A stretch of 64,000 nucleotides of DNA from a virus: positions 19,729-83,728 of the IMG/VR virus record IMGVR_UViG_3300042691_023046. One strand, 5' to 3'. Both the position numbers and the translations under genes were made by a program. The first letter of the stretch is position 1. Every line of letters starts with the position of its first letter. Shown here piece after piece: positions 1-9,825 of the stretch. The notes under the pieces were generated by a model. That model worked only from the letters and a program-made list of their open reading frames with translations, was not told where the DNA came from and searched no databases.

Positions 1-137
1 TCTGCCCCAATTAAATAAAATTTCTTTTTTTGTATCCCTCTTAAATATTTATCTAATCTAGGAAAACCCATAGGTATTCCTTTATTTAAACCTTCTCTAC
101 CATCTCTCACATACTTTAAAAAATTTTGATACATCAT
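1..137 (-). CDS. dnaB: DnaB-like replicative helicase, N-terminal part (runs off window)
   Basis: Manual translation from ATG 137: MMYQNFLKYVRDGREGLNKGIPMGFPRLDKYLRGIQKKKFYLIGA..., the G-I-P-x-G-F-x-x-L-D...G...LIGA pattern that precedes Walker A in DnaB/SF4 helicases. Confidence 0.8.
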   Translation of the reverse strand, partial: MMYQNFLKYVRDGREGLNKGIPMGFPRLDKYLRGIQKKKFYLIGA

Positions 138-141
138 AATT

Positions 142-795
142 TTAAATATCTCCTATATTGTCTTTATTAACTCCTTCTAATTCTACTTCTTCTTGTATAG
201 CTAACCATAATTTAGATTCTAAAGCTTTTCTAATACCCATACCATTAAATTTACCTTCATTTACATATTTTCTATATTTAGAAAACATTTCTACTATAAG
301 TTTATGTTTAATAATATCACCATTTGTTATAGTATTATAATATTCATAAAATTCATTTCTATCAGGTATAATTTTAATAGCTTGTCTTTTACCATCAATT
401 GTAATCCATGAAGGATAAGCTAATAACATTTCTTCTGCTGCTTCTTCTTTATCAATGTATAGTTTATCTCTAAATGTAGGTGTAACCATGTACATTTCTA
501 AATATTTAGCATCAGAAAATACTGTTTTTCTTACTACTTTTTTTTCTTGTACAGGTATTGTTAGTAAAGTTGCTTTACCTTCTTTATTTTTACCATAATT
601 AAAAATATAATCTTTTTCTTCTAATCCATCTATTTCTTCATAACTAAATCCTCCATAAGCTTTTGTATAATGTTCTAATAATTGTTGTTTTTCTTCAAAT
701 GTTGAAGCCATTAATATTACACAAAAATATAATTGATTTGGTGTAATATCTAATTCTTTCATAATTGAATGAAATCTTTTAGCGTCATATATCAA
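142..795 (-). CDS. Putative replication initiator / helicase-loader-like protein
   Basis: 217 aa with HTH-like N-terminus (ELDITPNQLYFC) and LLAYPS...IDGK C-domain; lies between SF2 helicase and DnaB, as in crAss-like replication modules. Confidence 0.45.
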   Translation of the reverse strand: MIYDAKRFHSIMKELDITPNQLYFCVILMASTFEEKQQLLEHYTKAYGGFSYEEIDGLEEKDYIFNYGKNKEGKATLLTIPVQEKKVVRKTVFSDAKYLEMYMVTPTFRDKLYIDKEEAAEEMLLAYPSWITIDGKRQAIKIIPDRNEFYEYYNTITNGDIIKHKLIVEMFSKYRKYVNEGKFNGMGIRKALESKLWLAIQEEVELEGVNKDNIGDI

Positions 796-826
796 AATTT
801 TCCTCTCTTTCTTATTTTATACATAT

Positions 827-1429
827 TTATTCTATTAATTGTTTATTTTCTGCATTAAATTTTAATCCATGTAAAGGACATTCAATAATTTTTTGCCATT
901 TTCCACCTTTATTATTACGACCTAATTTTTTAAATACAACAGGTTCTTGTGATAAATTATATCCTCTATGAGGACATTTATTGTTTTTAATACATTTATT
1001 TTTTAATTTATCTATTTTAACTTGTCCTGCAATACCATAATTATTTAATCTAATACATTTTAATTCTTTGTATTCTATTTTATAATGTTGTTCAAAATCT
1101 ATATTTAATTTAGGTTCTAAATCATATCGTATATTAGGTGCAAATTCATGATTACTGTGAAGTTTTAAAGGGTTATTATATTTACCTGTTTCTATAAATC
1201 TAAAATCTACATGATAATGTTTATAATTTTGTCCATTTTCTTTGTCTGAATGTAGATGATTTATTATAGGATAAATATGAAGTCTAATAGATTTACGTAA
1301 TTTTAATTTATTTTTACTATTTATATACCAATTTTCATTATTTAAATAATATTTTTTAATAATACAAGGTACTAAATACATTTGTCCTATAATAGGTTGA
1401 GTTTTTAATTCATCTATTTTTTGTAACAT
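827..1429 (-). CDS. Rieske [2Fe-2S] domain-containing protein
   Basis: C-terminal CPHRG...CPLHGLKF matches Rieske CxH / CxxH ligand boxes; His-rich N-domain (HLHSD, HYHVD). Confidence 0.7.
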   Translation of the reverse strand: MLQKIDELKTQPIIGQMYLVPCIIKKYYLNNENWYINSKNKLKLRKSIRLHIYPIINHLHSDKENGQNYKHYHVDFRFIETGKYNNPLKLHSNHEFAPNIRYDLEPKLNIDFEQHYKIEYKELKCIRLNNYGIAGQVKIDKLKNKCIKNNKCPHRGYNLSQEPVVFKKLGRNNKGGKWQKIIECPLHGLKFNAENKQLIE

Positions 1430-1431
1430 AT

Positions 1432-1638
1432 TTATTTTATATTATCTAATGGGTAAGATTCTTTGTGAAATTTTTCAACATCAAGTGTTTCTGAACCTTC
1501 ATCACCTTTTAAAAAATAAGTATAATCTTCTGCTATATTCCTTTTACATTCTTCTACATGTAGTTTAGCAAATTCAATTAACATATCTGTAGTATTATTA
1601 AAATTACCTTTATCTAAAAATTCTGCTGCTGTTATCAT
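1432..1638 (-). CDS. Hypothetical phage protein
   Basis: 68 aa ORF, tightly packed in operon. Confidence 0.7.
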   Translation of the reverse strand: MITAAEFLDKGNFNNTTDMLIEFAKLHVEECKRNIAEDYTYFLKGDEGSETLDVEKFHKESYPLDNIK

Positions 1639-2822
1639 TTTATTTCTTCTATTGTTTTAATCCATTTTACGTTAAAAATCTTTTGTTGTCGTTTTTTTAA
1701 CCATCCTATTTCTACAGTATTTTTTATAAATAAATTTATAAATATAGCTTCTTTACCTTTTACAAATCTAATTGTACGACCTAAACTTTGCAGAGCATCT
1801 ATTCCTGTTGAAGTATAAGCTGCTGCAATACCTACATCTACATTTTCTACATCTAAACCTTCATTTAAAGATTTAACTGATACTAAATGCTGAACATCAT
1901 TATTTACATAATCTTGTAAAATAGCTGCTTTTTCATGTTCATTTTTAATACCAGAATGATATACTTTTGAACTTGGTAATATTTTTTGTACAGCATCAGC
2001 ATATTTTTTAGTTTGACTAAATATTAAAGCCTTCTTTTCTTTTCCTAGATGGTCAAGAATTAATGGTATAATATCAACTTTTGCTTTAGCTCCATATACT
2101 ATAGATTTTCTTGTAGTAGTAGCACCATTATGTCTAACAATTCTCATTTGTATATCTTTATAATTAAAATCATTTTCTTCACAAAAGTTTTTTAAATACT
2201 GTTTGTCTTTTAAAGCTGTAAATGGATTTAATCCTTCTAAATATGGTGAATGAGCTTTTATTAAATTAGTTGCTTTATCATATTTCTCCTGTTCTTCTGG
2301 TGTAAATTCTAGTTCTAAATTGTAAACTTGAAAAGAAGAAACCCATCCTTTAGTTAGAGCTTCTTCTAATGTTACTTCTCCACAACAATAAATACCTTTA
2401 GCGTGTAAAAATGCTATTTTTTGTTTATCTAATGTAGCTGTTACTAAAAATCTATAATCACAAACAGTATTATTTAATAAACTACTAAAATAAAACGCTG
2501 CTTCATTTGTAGCACGATGTACTTCATCTATTATTAATAAATCACATTTTTGTGGTGTTGCTACATAACTATTAATTACAAATACTTTAGCGTTTAATAC
2601 ATTATTATCTATTAATAATTGATTCCATTGTGATTGTAATACTATTGTAGGTACTACTATATGTACTACTTTTTCTGGATTAAATCTTTTAATCGCTAAT
2701 ATACATAAATAAGATTTACCAAAACCTGTAACTGCTGTAATGTATCCATTTGCTTTAAATTTACTTATCCATGTATCTATTATTTCATTTTGTCTTTTAA
2801 GTTTAGATTCATTAATTAACAT
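1635..2822 (-). CDS. Superfamily 2 (DExH) helicase
   Basis: Motifs TGFGKS (I), IIDEVH (II), TAT (III), NEGLDV (V), QSLGRTIR (VI). Confidence 0.93.
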   Translation of the reverse strand: MLINESKLKRQNEIIDTWISKFKANGYITAVTGFGKSYLCILAIKRFNPEKVVHIVVPTIVLQSQWNQLLIDNNVLNAKVFVINSYVATPQKCDLLIIDEVHRATNEAAFYFSSLLNNTVCDYRFLVTATLDKQKIAFLHAKGIYCCGEVTLEEALTKGWVSSFQVYNLELEFTPEEQEKYDKATNLIKAHSPYLEGLNPFTALKDKQYLKNFCEENDFNYKDIQMRIVRHNGATTTRKSIVYGAKAKVDIIPLILDHLGKEKKALIFSQTKKYADAVQKILPSSKVYHSGIKNEHEKAAILQDYVNNDVQHLVSVKSLNEGLDVENVDVGIAAAYTSTGIDALQSLGRTIRFVKGKEAIFINLFIKNTVEIGWLKKRQQKIFNVKWIKTIEEIK

Positions 2823-3315
2823 GGCGGATTATTACATTTTTAAATTTACCACCTATTTCTTTACCTATTAATATATCAATAGTTCTTACTAATCTTTTAT
2901 TTCCAAAATCAGCTATTGTATAATAACCGCTAAATTTACCACAATTAATTAATTGTACTTTTTCTCCACAATAAAATTCTGCTGCTAAATCTCTTGATAA
3001 TCCTATATATCTATGTTTATATGGATTTTTTAAATCAATTTTATTATTACAAGCTGTTCTATCTGGTGAACTATCACATTGATGTATTGTAGGATTATAA
3101 GTTGTAGCTGTTACTAAATAAGCTTCTTTTTCATTACTATCTATAATAGAATAATACATATCTTTATATAAACTGTCATTATATTTATTAATTTTAGTTT
3201 GTTTTACAATATGATTTTCTAATCTAAATATACCTATTATTGTACATATAAATATAAGAACATTTAAAGTTATGTATATTTTTCTATTACTTAGTACTTC
3301 TTCTTCTTCTACCAT
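2812..3315 (-). CDS. Membrane-anchored 3D-domain (MltA-like) cell-wall enzyme
   Basis: N-terminal TM helix; VTATTYNP..QCDSSPDRTA, IGLSRDL, IADFG, TIDIL fit the 3D domain pattern. Confidence 0.7.
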   Translation of the reverse strand: MVEEEEVLSNRKIYITLNVLIFICTIIGIFRLENHIVKQTKINKYNDSLYKDMYYSIIDSNEKEAYLVTATTYNPTIHQCDSSPDRTACNNKIDLKNPYKHRYIGLSRDLAAEFYCGEKVQLINCGKFSGYYTIADFGNKRLVRTIDILIGKEIGGKFKNVIIRHVN

Positions 3316-4070
3316 TTTATTATTTTATTATTTATTATTTCTTGATTTTGATTTATTATTTCTAATTCATCAAAAAAGTTTAATTCTTGCAATTGTTTTT
3401 GCAACTGTTTAAGTTTATAATCATTAGGTACAATATTTCTAATTTGTTTACATAAATCAGAACATTGCATTAATCTTTTAATTATAATATTATAATCAAA
3501 AGTAGGTTCTCCTATTCTTACTTCTAAAGTACCTAAATCATTAAAATACCACCAATTAGCAGTTTTACTATAATCAAAAGCAGTTTCCCATTCTTTTAAA
3601 GATTCAGTAATATAATCATAACCTTTTGGTTGTTGTCTATAACCACTTACATTTATTTCACTCCAAATATCAGTTAAATCTGTATGATAATGTGTGCTTG
3701 ATTCAGTATTATTAATAGACATATCTTTCATTAAATTGCAAATATCATATAAACAAACCATACCTTTTAATCCTGATGGTATTCTATATCTTTGTTCATA
3801 ACTATCAACTTTTACCTCCATTATATTAGGTATTTTTTTAAATGATTCTTCATCATAATTACTCTGTTGAGAACATTCAAATTCCATACCATGACTGTAA
3901 GGTAAATAACTATCAATAATATCTATAATATATTGATTTTTAATATTTAATAAAGGTGTTGGATTATTATAAATACAATCTTCCAACACCTTTAAATGAT
4001 TATCTGTACCCTTCTCCTCTACTACCTTGTTTAGATTGTGCTGGTTTAACAGGTTCTTGTTTCGCTTCAT
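3309..4070 (-). CDS. Putative amidoligase (COOH-NH2 ligase)-like protein
   Basis: GMEFEC, STHYHTD and GTLEVR motifs; start uncertain (ATG 4070 overlaps upstream gene by ~70 nt). Confidence 0.55.
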   Translation of the reverse strand: MKRNKNLLNQHNLNKVVEEKGTDNHLKVLEDCIYNNPTPLLNIKNQYIIDIIDSYLPYSHGMEFECSQQSNYDEESFKKIPNIMEVKVDSYEQRYRIPSGLKGMVCLYDICNLMKDMSINNTESSTHYHTDLTDIWSEINVSGYRQQPKGYDYITESLKEWETAFDYSKTANWWYFNDLGTLEVRIGEPTFDYNIIIKRLMQCSDLCKQIRNIVPNDYKLKQLQKQLQELNFFDELEIINQNQEIINNKIIKW

Positions 4071-4611
4071 CTATTTTAGGTTTTATTTCTTCTACAACTT
4101 TTTTAACTTCTTCTACTTTAACTTTAGGTTTTTCAGTAGCACTTTTTTCAATTAAAGCTTTTTTTTCAATTTTTATTTGAGTTTTGATATTTTCCTTAAC
4201 TTTAGCTTTAGCTACTACTTTAGGTATCATTAAAGTTTCAATTTGTTCTTCTAACTTTTTACCTGTAGGTGTAGAAACATTAGTTAATTTATTATATTTT
4301 TCAATAAGACTTAATGTTTCATTATAATGTTTTTCTGAATAATCAACAGTCATAACAACTTTATTCATAATAACATTAGTTTTACTACCTACTCTTTTAA
4401 TTTTAATAGCTATTGGTTTAACAATAGGTGTTTCAACTTTAGGAGCAACTGTTTTAGTTGCAACTTTTTTAACAGGAACTACTTTTTTAACTGGTGTTAC
4501 TTTTTTTGCAACTGTTTTTTTAGCTACAATTGGTTGAGCAGATTTAACTACTTTTTTAGCTGCTACCTTTTTAGGTGCTACTTTTTTTACTACTTTTTTA
4601 GGTGTTGCCAT
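4000..4611 (-). CDS. Lys/Val/Ala-rich histone H1-like protein
   Basis: N-terminal KKV(V/A)(P/A/K) repeats, highly basic. Confidence 0.55.
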   Translation of the reverse strand: MATPKKVVKKVAPKKVAAKKVVKSAQPIVAKKTVAKKVTPVKKVVPVKKVATKTVAPKVETPIVKPIAIKIKRVGSKTNVIMNKVVMTVDYSEKHYNETLSLIEKYNKLTNVSTPTGKKLEEQIETLMIPKVVAKAKVKENIKTQIKIEKKALIEKSATEKPKVKVEEVKKVVEEIKPKIDEAKQEPVKPAQSKQGSRGEGYR

Positions 4612-4612
4612 T

Positions 4613-5116
4613 TTATTTGTTTGTTATAATTGAAATTGAAAATTCTGTTATTGCTTTTTCTTCATCTTGTTCTATAATTTTAGATTCTACAAAATATGTT
4701 AAAGTATCTAAAAGTTCTAATTTACTTTCATTATCCCATTGTTCATTTATTTCTATATGTGATTCTTCTGGATATTCTTCAATATCTTCTAATGTACGAG
4801 TTTTTTGAATAGAAATAATTTTTGTATTTTCTAATAAATTATTATAATTAGTAACTAATTCATTATAATTATTAGTTAATTCATTATAATTATTAACAAT
4901 TTCTTCATTAACTTTAACTAAAGCGTTATATTCATCAGTTAATTTAGATATTTCTTCATTTTTAACTTCTAATTTTTCTTGTGAATTAGTATAATTTTCA
5001 ATTAACTGGTTATTATTTTTTTCAGTTATTTTATACTGTTCTTTAGATTTTTCTATTAATAAATTTAATTCATTAATTTTTTCATTAGCTTTTCTTAAAT
5101 TGTTTATGTTAAACAT
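4613..5116 (-). CDS. Coiled-coil hypothetical protein
   Basis: Heptad NYNEL repeats. Confidence 0.65.
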   Translation of the reverse strand: MFNINNLRKANEKINELNLLIEKSKEQYKITEKNNNQLIENYTNSQEKLEVKNEEISKLTDEYNALVKVNEEIVNNYNELTNNYNELVTNYNNLLENTKIISIQKTRTLEDIEEYPEESHIEINEQWDNESKLELLDTLTYFVESKIIEQDEEKAITEFSISIITNK

Positions 5117-7767
5117 ACTTCTGTTTCCTCATTTTTTATTTGTGTTGGTGAGTTTAATAATTTAATTGGTTTTGGTGTCCATGTAATTTCTCCATGTCTA
5201 ACACTATAATTAGTTAATGGTATTTCTGTTTCTACTAATTCAAAACTATCTAATACAGGAATTACTTTTTCTTTACCTATATTTATATCTGGTTTATGAT
5301 AAAAATTAATATTAACTTTTTTACCTTTTTCTTTTAAATAATTTACTACATGAGGTAAACTATCTTCATTAATTTTTACATATCTAACTAATTCAGCATT
5401 TTTAAAATAATTATCAATATAATCAATTTTTTCTTTGATTATAGGATTTATTTCTATTTTTAATATTTCTGTATTAGATTTGTATAAACTAATAAGTTCT
5501 CTAAGAGTTTTTTCTATACTACTAGGATATTGTTCTTTAAATTTATATATTTCTTCATAAACTGTTGAAAGATAATAATTAAATTCTTTTATTTCATCTG
5601 CTTCTAAATTAAAAGCATGGTTATTTTTTATTTCTACACTTGTGAAGAAATTTTGTATTACTTTTAAGTCCATAATTTGTGATACATGATAAATGTTTTT
5701 AGTTTTTGTTTTAAGTAATGATTTTAAATTGTTTTTAGCTATTTGATAAACTCTAATAATTTGATGATTTACATTAATACATCTATATGCAGTTCTATCA
5801 TACCAATCTTTATATTTTTCTTTTTTATAAGGTTCATATTCTTTTATTATTTCTGTAAATAATTCTAAACCTTTTCTATCTTCTTGAAAACCATAAACTA
5901 TAATACCATCAAATTTATCTGTTAATTTTGTTTTATCTTTTAACTGATGTTTAGAAGTATAAGGTACAAAATGTAAATCATATCTATCATTTAATATCAT
6001 ATCTTTAACAGAAATAACTCTTTCTAATCTAGTTGATTTATTAGCTATATAAGCTTCTTTAGCAATAGCTTTTTGTTCATCTAACCATGTTTGAGGAATT
6101 TCAAATGTTTCAAAATCTTTAACATTTAATGTTTTAAATAATTCTTCTGTAATAATACGTTTGTATTCATAAACAACTTTAGCTGTACCTAATGGGTAAG
6201 ATTCATAAATATTATGTCTTTTTTCTACTGTATCACTATATGATTGTTTTTTCCAATATCTAGTTTCATCATTAAAAACAATTGAATTATCTGTTATTTT
6301 ATGTATTCCTAAATTATTGCAAAAGTTTTCATATAATATAGTATTATATTGGTGTTTAGTTTTATCTTCATTAGATTTTTTATGTATAAAACCTTTATAA
6401 TCATCTTGCAAAAATACAGCATTTTTTACATATTTTTTAAAATCAAGTGTTAATTCTTTATTTTTATTTTTAAAAAATTGAAATTCATTTTTATTAATTT
6501 TTAAAATACTAGCTTCTGATTGTTTTTCTCTACAATCTTCTAATCTTATTCTTCTAGGAGTAATAAACCAAAAAGGATTTACTCCCTTTTTTAATTTAAT
6601 TGGTAAATGAGCAATAGGTTTATAAGTAATAGGATTTAAATGATATTTTTGTTTATCATTTATTAAAATACTTGTTAAAGCAGTTATATTTAAATTTTCA
6701 AAATTTGGTAATTTTAAATAATGATAAGGACTATCTTCAAATTTCTTTTTTTTATCAGTATATTCAAATAAATCTTCTATTGGTTGTTGTTGCTCATTAT
6801 ATTTATCTACTAATTCTTGTAAAGCTAAATCAATTCTTTCATTAATTAATTTTTTAGCATCATCTGAATATTCAATAAATTCTCTAGTCATACCAACCAT
6901 TAATTCACCTATTTCAAATTTAATACCAATTGGTATATTAATAGGTTCTCTACCTATTATTCTCCAATCAACTGTATAACAAACTTTTCCAAGTATTAAA
7001 TGTATATCTTCTGCATATTGTTTATTTGTTTTATATTTAAAATAAGTTCCTTCTATAATTTTTGAATTATTAAAACTTGCAGCATGATTTCTACTATTAT
7101 AAGTTTTAAAATCAAATACAACATTATCAAAAAAACATAATTCACTTAAAGCTGTTTTAGCTATTAAATCATCTTCTTCAATATATCTTTTACTCCAACC
7201 AGAATAATTAGCATTTTCTACTTTTTCAGTTTTTAAATATATTTTAACTGTAGTACCAGAATGTTCATCAATTGGTTCATTTATAATAACAGGTGATATA
7301 ACAGGTAATTCTGATGTTTCACAATAAATAAGATAATCATTTAATAAACCATCTTTTACTGTTCTTAACTGCATTTGTTTTTGATAACCTAGTCCACTTT
7401 TACTTCCTATACCAAATCCTCCTATAGCATCATTCGTTTGTTCTTTTGTACTATCTAATAAACTACTAAATATTTTCTTCACAAACTCATAAGACATTCC
7501 TACACCTTTATCAATAAAAGCTATAAATATTCCTCCATCATCTTCATCAATTTGAACTATAACTGGTTCTGTTGAATTTATCTCTTTATGAGCATCCCAA
7601 GCATTACTTGTATATTCCCTAATAAACGAACTTCTTATTGATTTATAACTTCCTAATAATAAACTAAATAATTTACTTGTATTTTTAGTGTTTACAGTCA
7701 TTTTTATTTCATCATCTGCTGAAATATTACCTGCTGTTTCTAATAAAACTTCTGTTTTTATTATCAT
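5104..7767 (-). CDS. rIIA: rIIA-like protein with N-terminal GHKL (Hsp90-like) ATPase
   Basis: IREYTSNAWDAH, DKGVGMS, GGFGIGSKS, SGTTV GHKL boxes; 887 aa. Confidence 0.8.
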   Translation of the reverse strand: MIIKTEVLLETAGNISADDEIKMTVNTKNTSKLFSLLLGSYKSIRSSFIREYTSNAWDAHKEINSTEPVIVQIDEDDGGIFIAFIDKGVGMSYEFVKKIFSSLLDSTKEQTNDAIGGFGIGSKSGLGYQKQMQLRTVKDGLLNDYLIYCETSELPVISPVIINEPIDEHSGTTVKIYLKTEKVENANYSGWSKRYIEEDDLIAKTALSELCFFDNVVFDFKTYNSRNHAASFNNSKIIEGTYFKYKTNKQYAEDIHLILGKVCYTVDWRIIGREPINIPIGIKFEIGELMVGMTREFIEYSDDAKKLINERIDLALQELVDKYNEQQQPIEDLFEYTDKKKKFEDSPYHYLKLPNFENLNITALTSILINDKQKYHLNPITYKPIAHLPIKLKKGVNPFWFITPRRIRLEDCREKQSEASILKINKNEFQFFKNKNKELTLDFKKYVKNAVFLQDDYKGFIHKKSNEDKTKHQYNTILYENFCNNLGIHKITDNSIVFNDETRYWKKQSYSDTVEKRHNIYESYPLGTAKVVYEYKRIITEELFKTLNVKDFETFEIPQTWLDEQKAIAKEAYIANKSTRLERVISVKDMILNDRYDLHFVPYTSKHQLKDKTKLTDKFDGIIVYGFQEDRKGLELFTEIIKEYEPYKKEKYKDWYDRTAYRCINVNHQIIRVYQIAKNNLKSLLKTKTKNIYHVSQIMDLKVIQNFFTSVEIKNNHAFNLEADEIKEFNYYLSTVYEEIYKFKEQYPSSIEKTLRELISLYKSNTEILKIEINPIIKEKIDYIDNYFKNAELVRYVKINEDSLPHVVNYLKEKGKKVNINFYHKPDINIGKEKVIPVLDSFELVETEIPLTNYSVRHGEITWTPKPIKLLNSPTQIKNEETEVCLT

Positions 7768-8066
7768 TCTATTTCTCCTAATTCTTTAAGTAATTTTTTA
7801 GTATCTTTTGCGTGTATGTTTATACTAACATCTAAATCATCTAATTCAATAAACATTTTTAAAGCTTCTACTAATTTTTCATAATTATTACAAGCATGTA
7901 CTATAAATTCAATATCTTGTCTTGTGTGGTCAATTAAATCTTCATCAGTATAATCTTCAACTACAGTTATATTTTTTGTATTATCAATAATTTGAAATAA
8001 TAACGGTGTTTCATCTGTATTATTTACCCAATCAAACGGTAATTCACTTTTTGGTCTAATTTTCAT
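7764..8066 (-). CDS. Hypothetical phage protein
   Basis: 100 aa; IEFIVHACNNYEKLVEAL is a common phage small-protein motif. Confidence 0.7.
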   Translation of the reverse strand: MKIRPKSELPFDWVNNTDETPLLFQIIDNTKNITVVEDYTDEDLIDHTRQDIEFIVHACNNYEKLVEALKMFIELDDLDVSINIHAKDTKKLLKELGEIE

Positions 8067-8092
8067 AATAGCTATATTTTTTAATTTTAAAT

Positions 8093-8130
8093 AAAAAAAA
8101 CTCTATTAATATTGCTATTAATAGAGTTTT
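8093..8130 (-). terminator. Intrinsic terminator
   Basis: Minus strand AAAACTCTATTAATA-GCAA-TATTAATAGAG-TTTTTTTT; GNRA loop and U-tract. Confidence 0.85.
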
Positions 8131-8153
8131 ACTAATCAACATTTATTTATTTA

Positions 8154-8594
8154 TTATGAAATAGCTTCTATTTTTTGTTTTAAATTAGAAATAATTTCTT
8201 CAACATTTCTAGTTTCACTATCAATAGTAGTTAAATATAATTTTTTATTTTCTTCTAATTTTTTAATTGTTTGTTGACAATTATCAATATTATCCCAATA
8301 AATATCAGAAAAATTATTCATAGCATCATTAGTTTCTACATCTTTTAAAGTTACTTTTGCATAAGCATCTTCTAATGCTTGTTCAGCATCTTCAATTTGC
8401 TCGTCTAAAGTTTCTATATTATCTCTAATTTCTGCTACAAACTTTTCTAAATTTTTAGTATTAGTTATAATTGATTTTTGTAACATTTTTACTTGTTTTT
8501 CTAAAAAACTTTCTATTTTACCTGCTTCATCTAATTTTAAAATAGATAAAATTTTATCTTTTAAACTTCTAATTGTTATTGCTGTATTTTTCAT
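8154..8594 (-). CDS. Coiled-coil hypothetical protein
   Basis: 146 aa helical ORF. Confidence 0.7.
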   Translation of the reverse strand: MKNTAITIRSLKDKILSILKLDEAGKIESFLEKQVKMLQKSIITNTKNLEKFVAEIRDNIETLDEQIEDAEQALEDAYAKVTLKDVETNDAMNNFSDIYWDNIDNCQQTIKKLEENKKLYLTTIDSETRNVEEIISNLKQKIEAIS

Positions 8595-8871
8595 TTCTTT
8601 GTTGTTTAATCATTTTTAATTGATAAGCTTGTTCAGCATCATTTATCATTCTATTTACAAGACTATTATGTATTTCATAATCTTTAATATAATGATTTAA
8701 GTTTATGTTTATAATAAAACATTTATGATATGTTTCTACATTAATTGTTTCACCAAAAAAGATATATTTTTTCTTTTGTGTAATAATTTTGTCATAAAAT
8801 ATAGTTAAATTATGAATTAAATCTACACTATAATAGTACTTATTGTTTTTTATAAATAAAGGTGTTTTCAT
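8569..8871 (-). CDS. Hypothetical protein
   Basis: 100 aa, operonic overlap. Confidence 0.6.
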   Translation of the reverse strand: MKTPLFIKNNKYYYSVDLIHNLTIFYDKIITQKKKYIFFGETINVETYHKCFIININLNHYIKDYEIHNSLVNRMINDAEQAYQLKMIKQQRNEKYSNNN

Positions 8872-9371
8872 TATTCACTTGAATTATATAATTGTTCAAC
8901 TTCTTTTAAAGTATTGTATAATCTACTTTCTTCATCCATAAAAGGAGCAAGTTTATTTTTTGCAGTAGTTAATTTACTAATCATAGAAGAATGTGTAATA
9001 ACTTTAATTCTTAATTTTAAATCAACAATTATATCTCTTATTAATATATTTTGATTGTTTTTAAGTTCTATAAAACCTGTTTTAAACATTAATTGACTAT
9101 TATGTAATACATTATTATAAATATTTTCATAATGTGCTAATGCTCTATATAACCAAGATATATCAGTACAAACACTAATATTAACAGTATTTTGTGTTGT
9201 TTCAAAATTTGTTATAGCACTACAAATATATTTTATTTCTGGTGGTAAACCTAAAGATGCTAATTTTTCATCTATTTTTTCTATTTCTAATTTAATAGCA
9301 TTTTGCATTTGTTTTTTACTACTAGACTTTTTAATAGATATTTTACTTTCTTTTTTTACAATGTTTGTCAT
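8871..9371 (-). CDS. Hypothetical protein
   Basis: 166 aa, A-rich start context. Confidence 0.7.
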   Translation of the reverse strand: MTNIVKKESKISIKKSSSKKQMQNAIKLEIEKIDEKLASLGLPPEIKYICSAITNFETTQNTVNISVCTDISWLYRALAHYENIYNNVLHNSQLMFKTGFIELKNNQNILIRDIIVDLKLRIKVITHSSMISKLTTAKNKLAPFMDEESRLYNTLKEVEQLYNSSE

Positions 9372-9634
9372 AATTTTTATTGTTTATTGTGATGATTATA
9401 CCATGCTTTAAGTATTAAGTTTTTAACTATTTCGTAAATAATTATTGTTAGTATTATTATTTTTATCATAATTTAATTTTTTTTTGAAAATATACCAAAA
9501 TAATAAGCTTCTACTCTAGGTTTATAAATTTTTCTTTTACTATATAAATGTCTTTGATACCAATATTGTTTACATTGTATTAATCTAATTGTTTGATTTC
9601 TATTTAAATTCATGATTTTGTTTATTTATTTTTT

Positions 9635-9660
9635 AAAAAGAGTATCTGTATCTACTCTTT
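9635..9660 (-). terminator. Intrinsic terminator downstream of tRNA-like element
   Basis: AAAGAGTA / TACTCTTT stem followed by T-run on minus strand. Confidence 0.65.
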
Positions 9661-9716
9661 ATTCACAATTTACTCAATACAGTGAGATTAAAACAATTAA
9701 GTACCACCTTAATTTT

Positions 9717-9822
9717 GAAAAGATTATAGGATTCGAACCTATGGACATAAATATATTGAATATCTAGTTTCATATTTATATCTATTCTAGTTTAACATTT
9801 AACCATTCTGCCAAATCTTTTC
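9717..9822 (-). ncRNA. tRNA-like element A (intact acceptor, D and T arms; no canonical anticodon arm)
   Basis: Minus: GAAAAGATT..AATCTTTTC acceptor, TGGCAGAATGGTTAAATGT D-arm, ATAGG-TTCGAAT-CCTAT T-arm; middle is an 11-bp hairpin GATATAAATAT/ATATTTATGTC. Confidence 0.75.
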
Positions 9823-9825
9823 TTT

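Noticed and set aside
9600-9716. Theta (HDV-like) ribozyme downstream of tRNA-like elements
   Set aside because: Only simple hairpins and a terminator are visible; no nested double pseudoknot could be traced by eye here or after 16380
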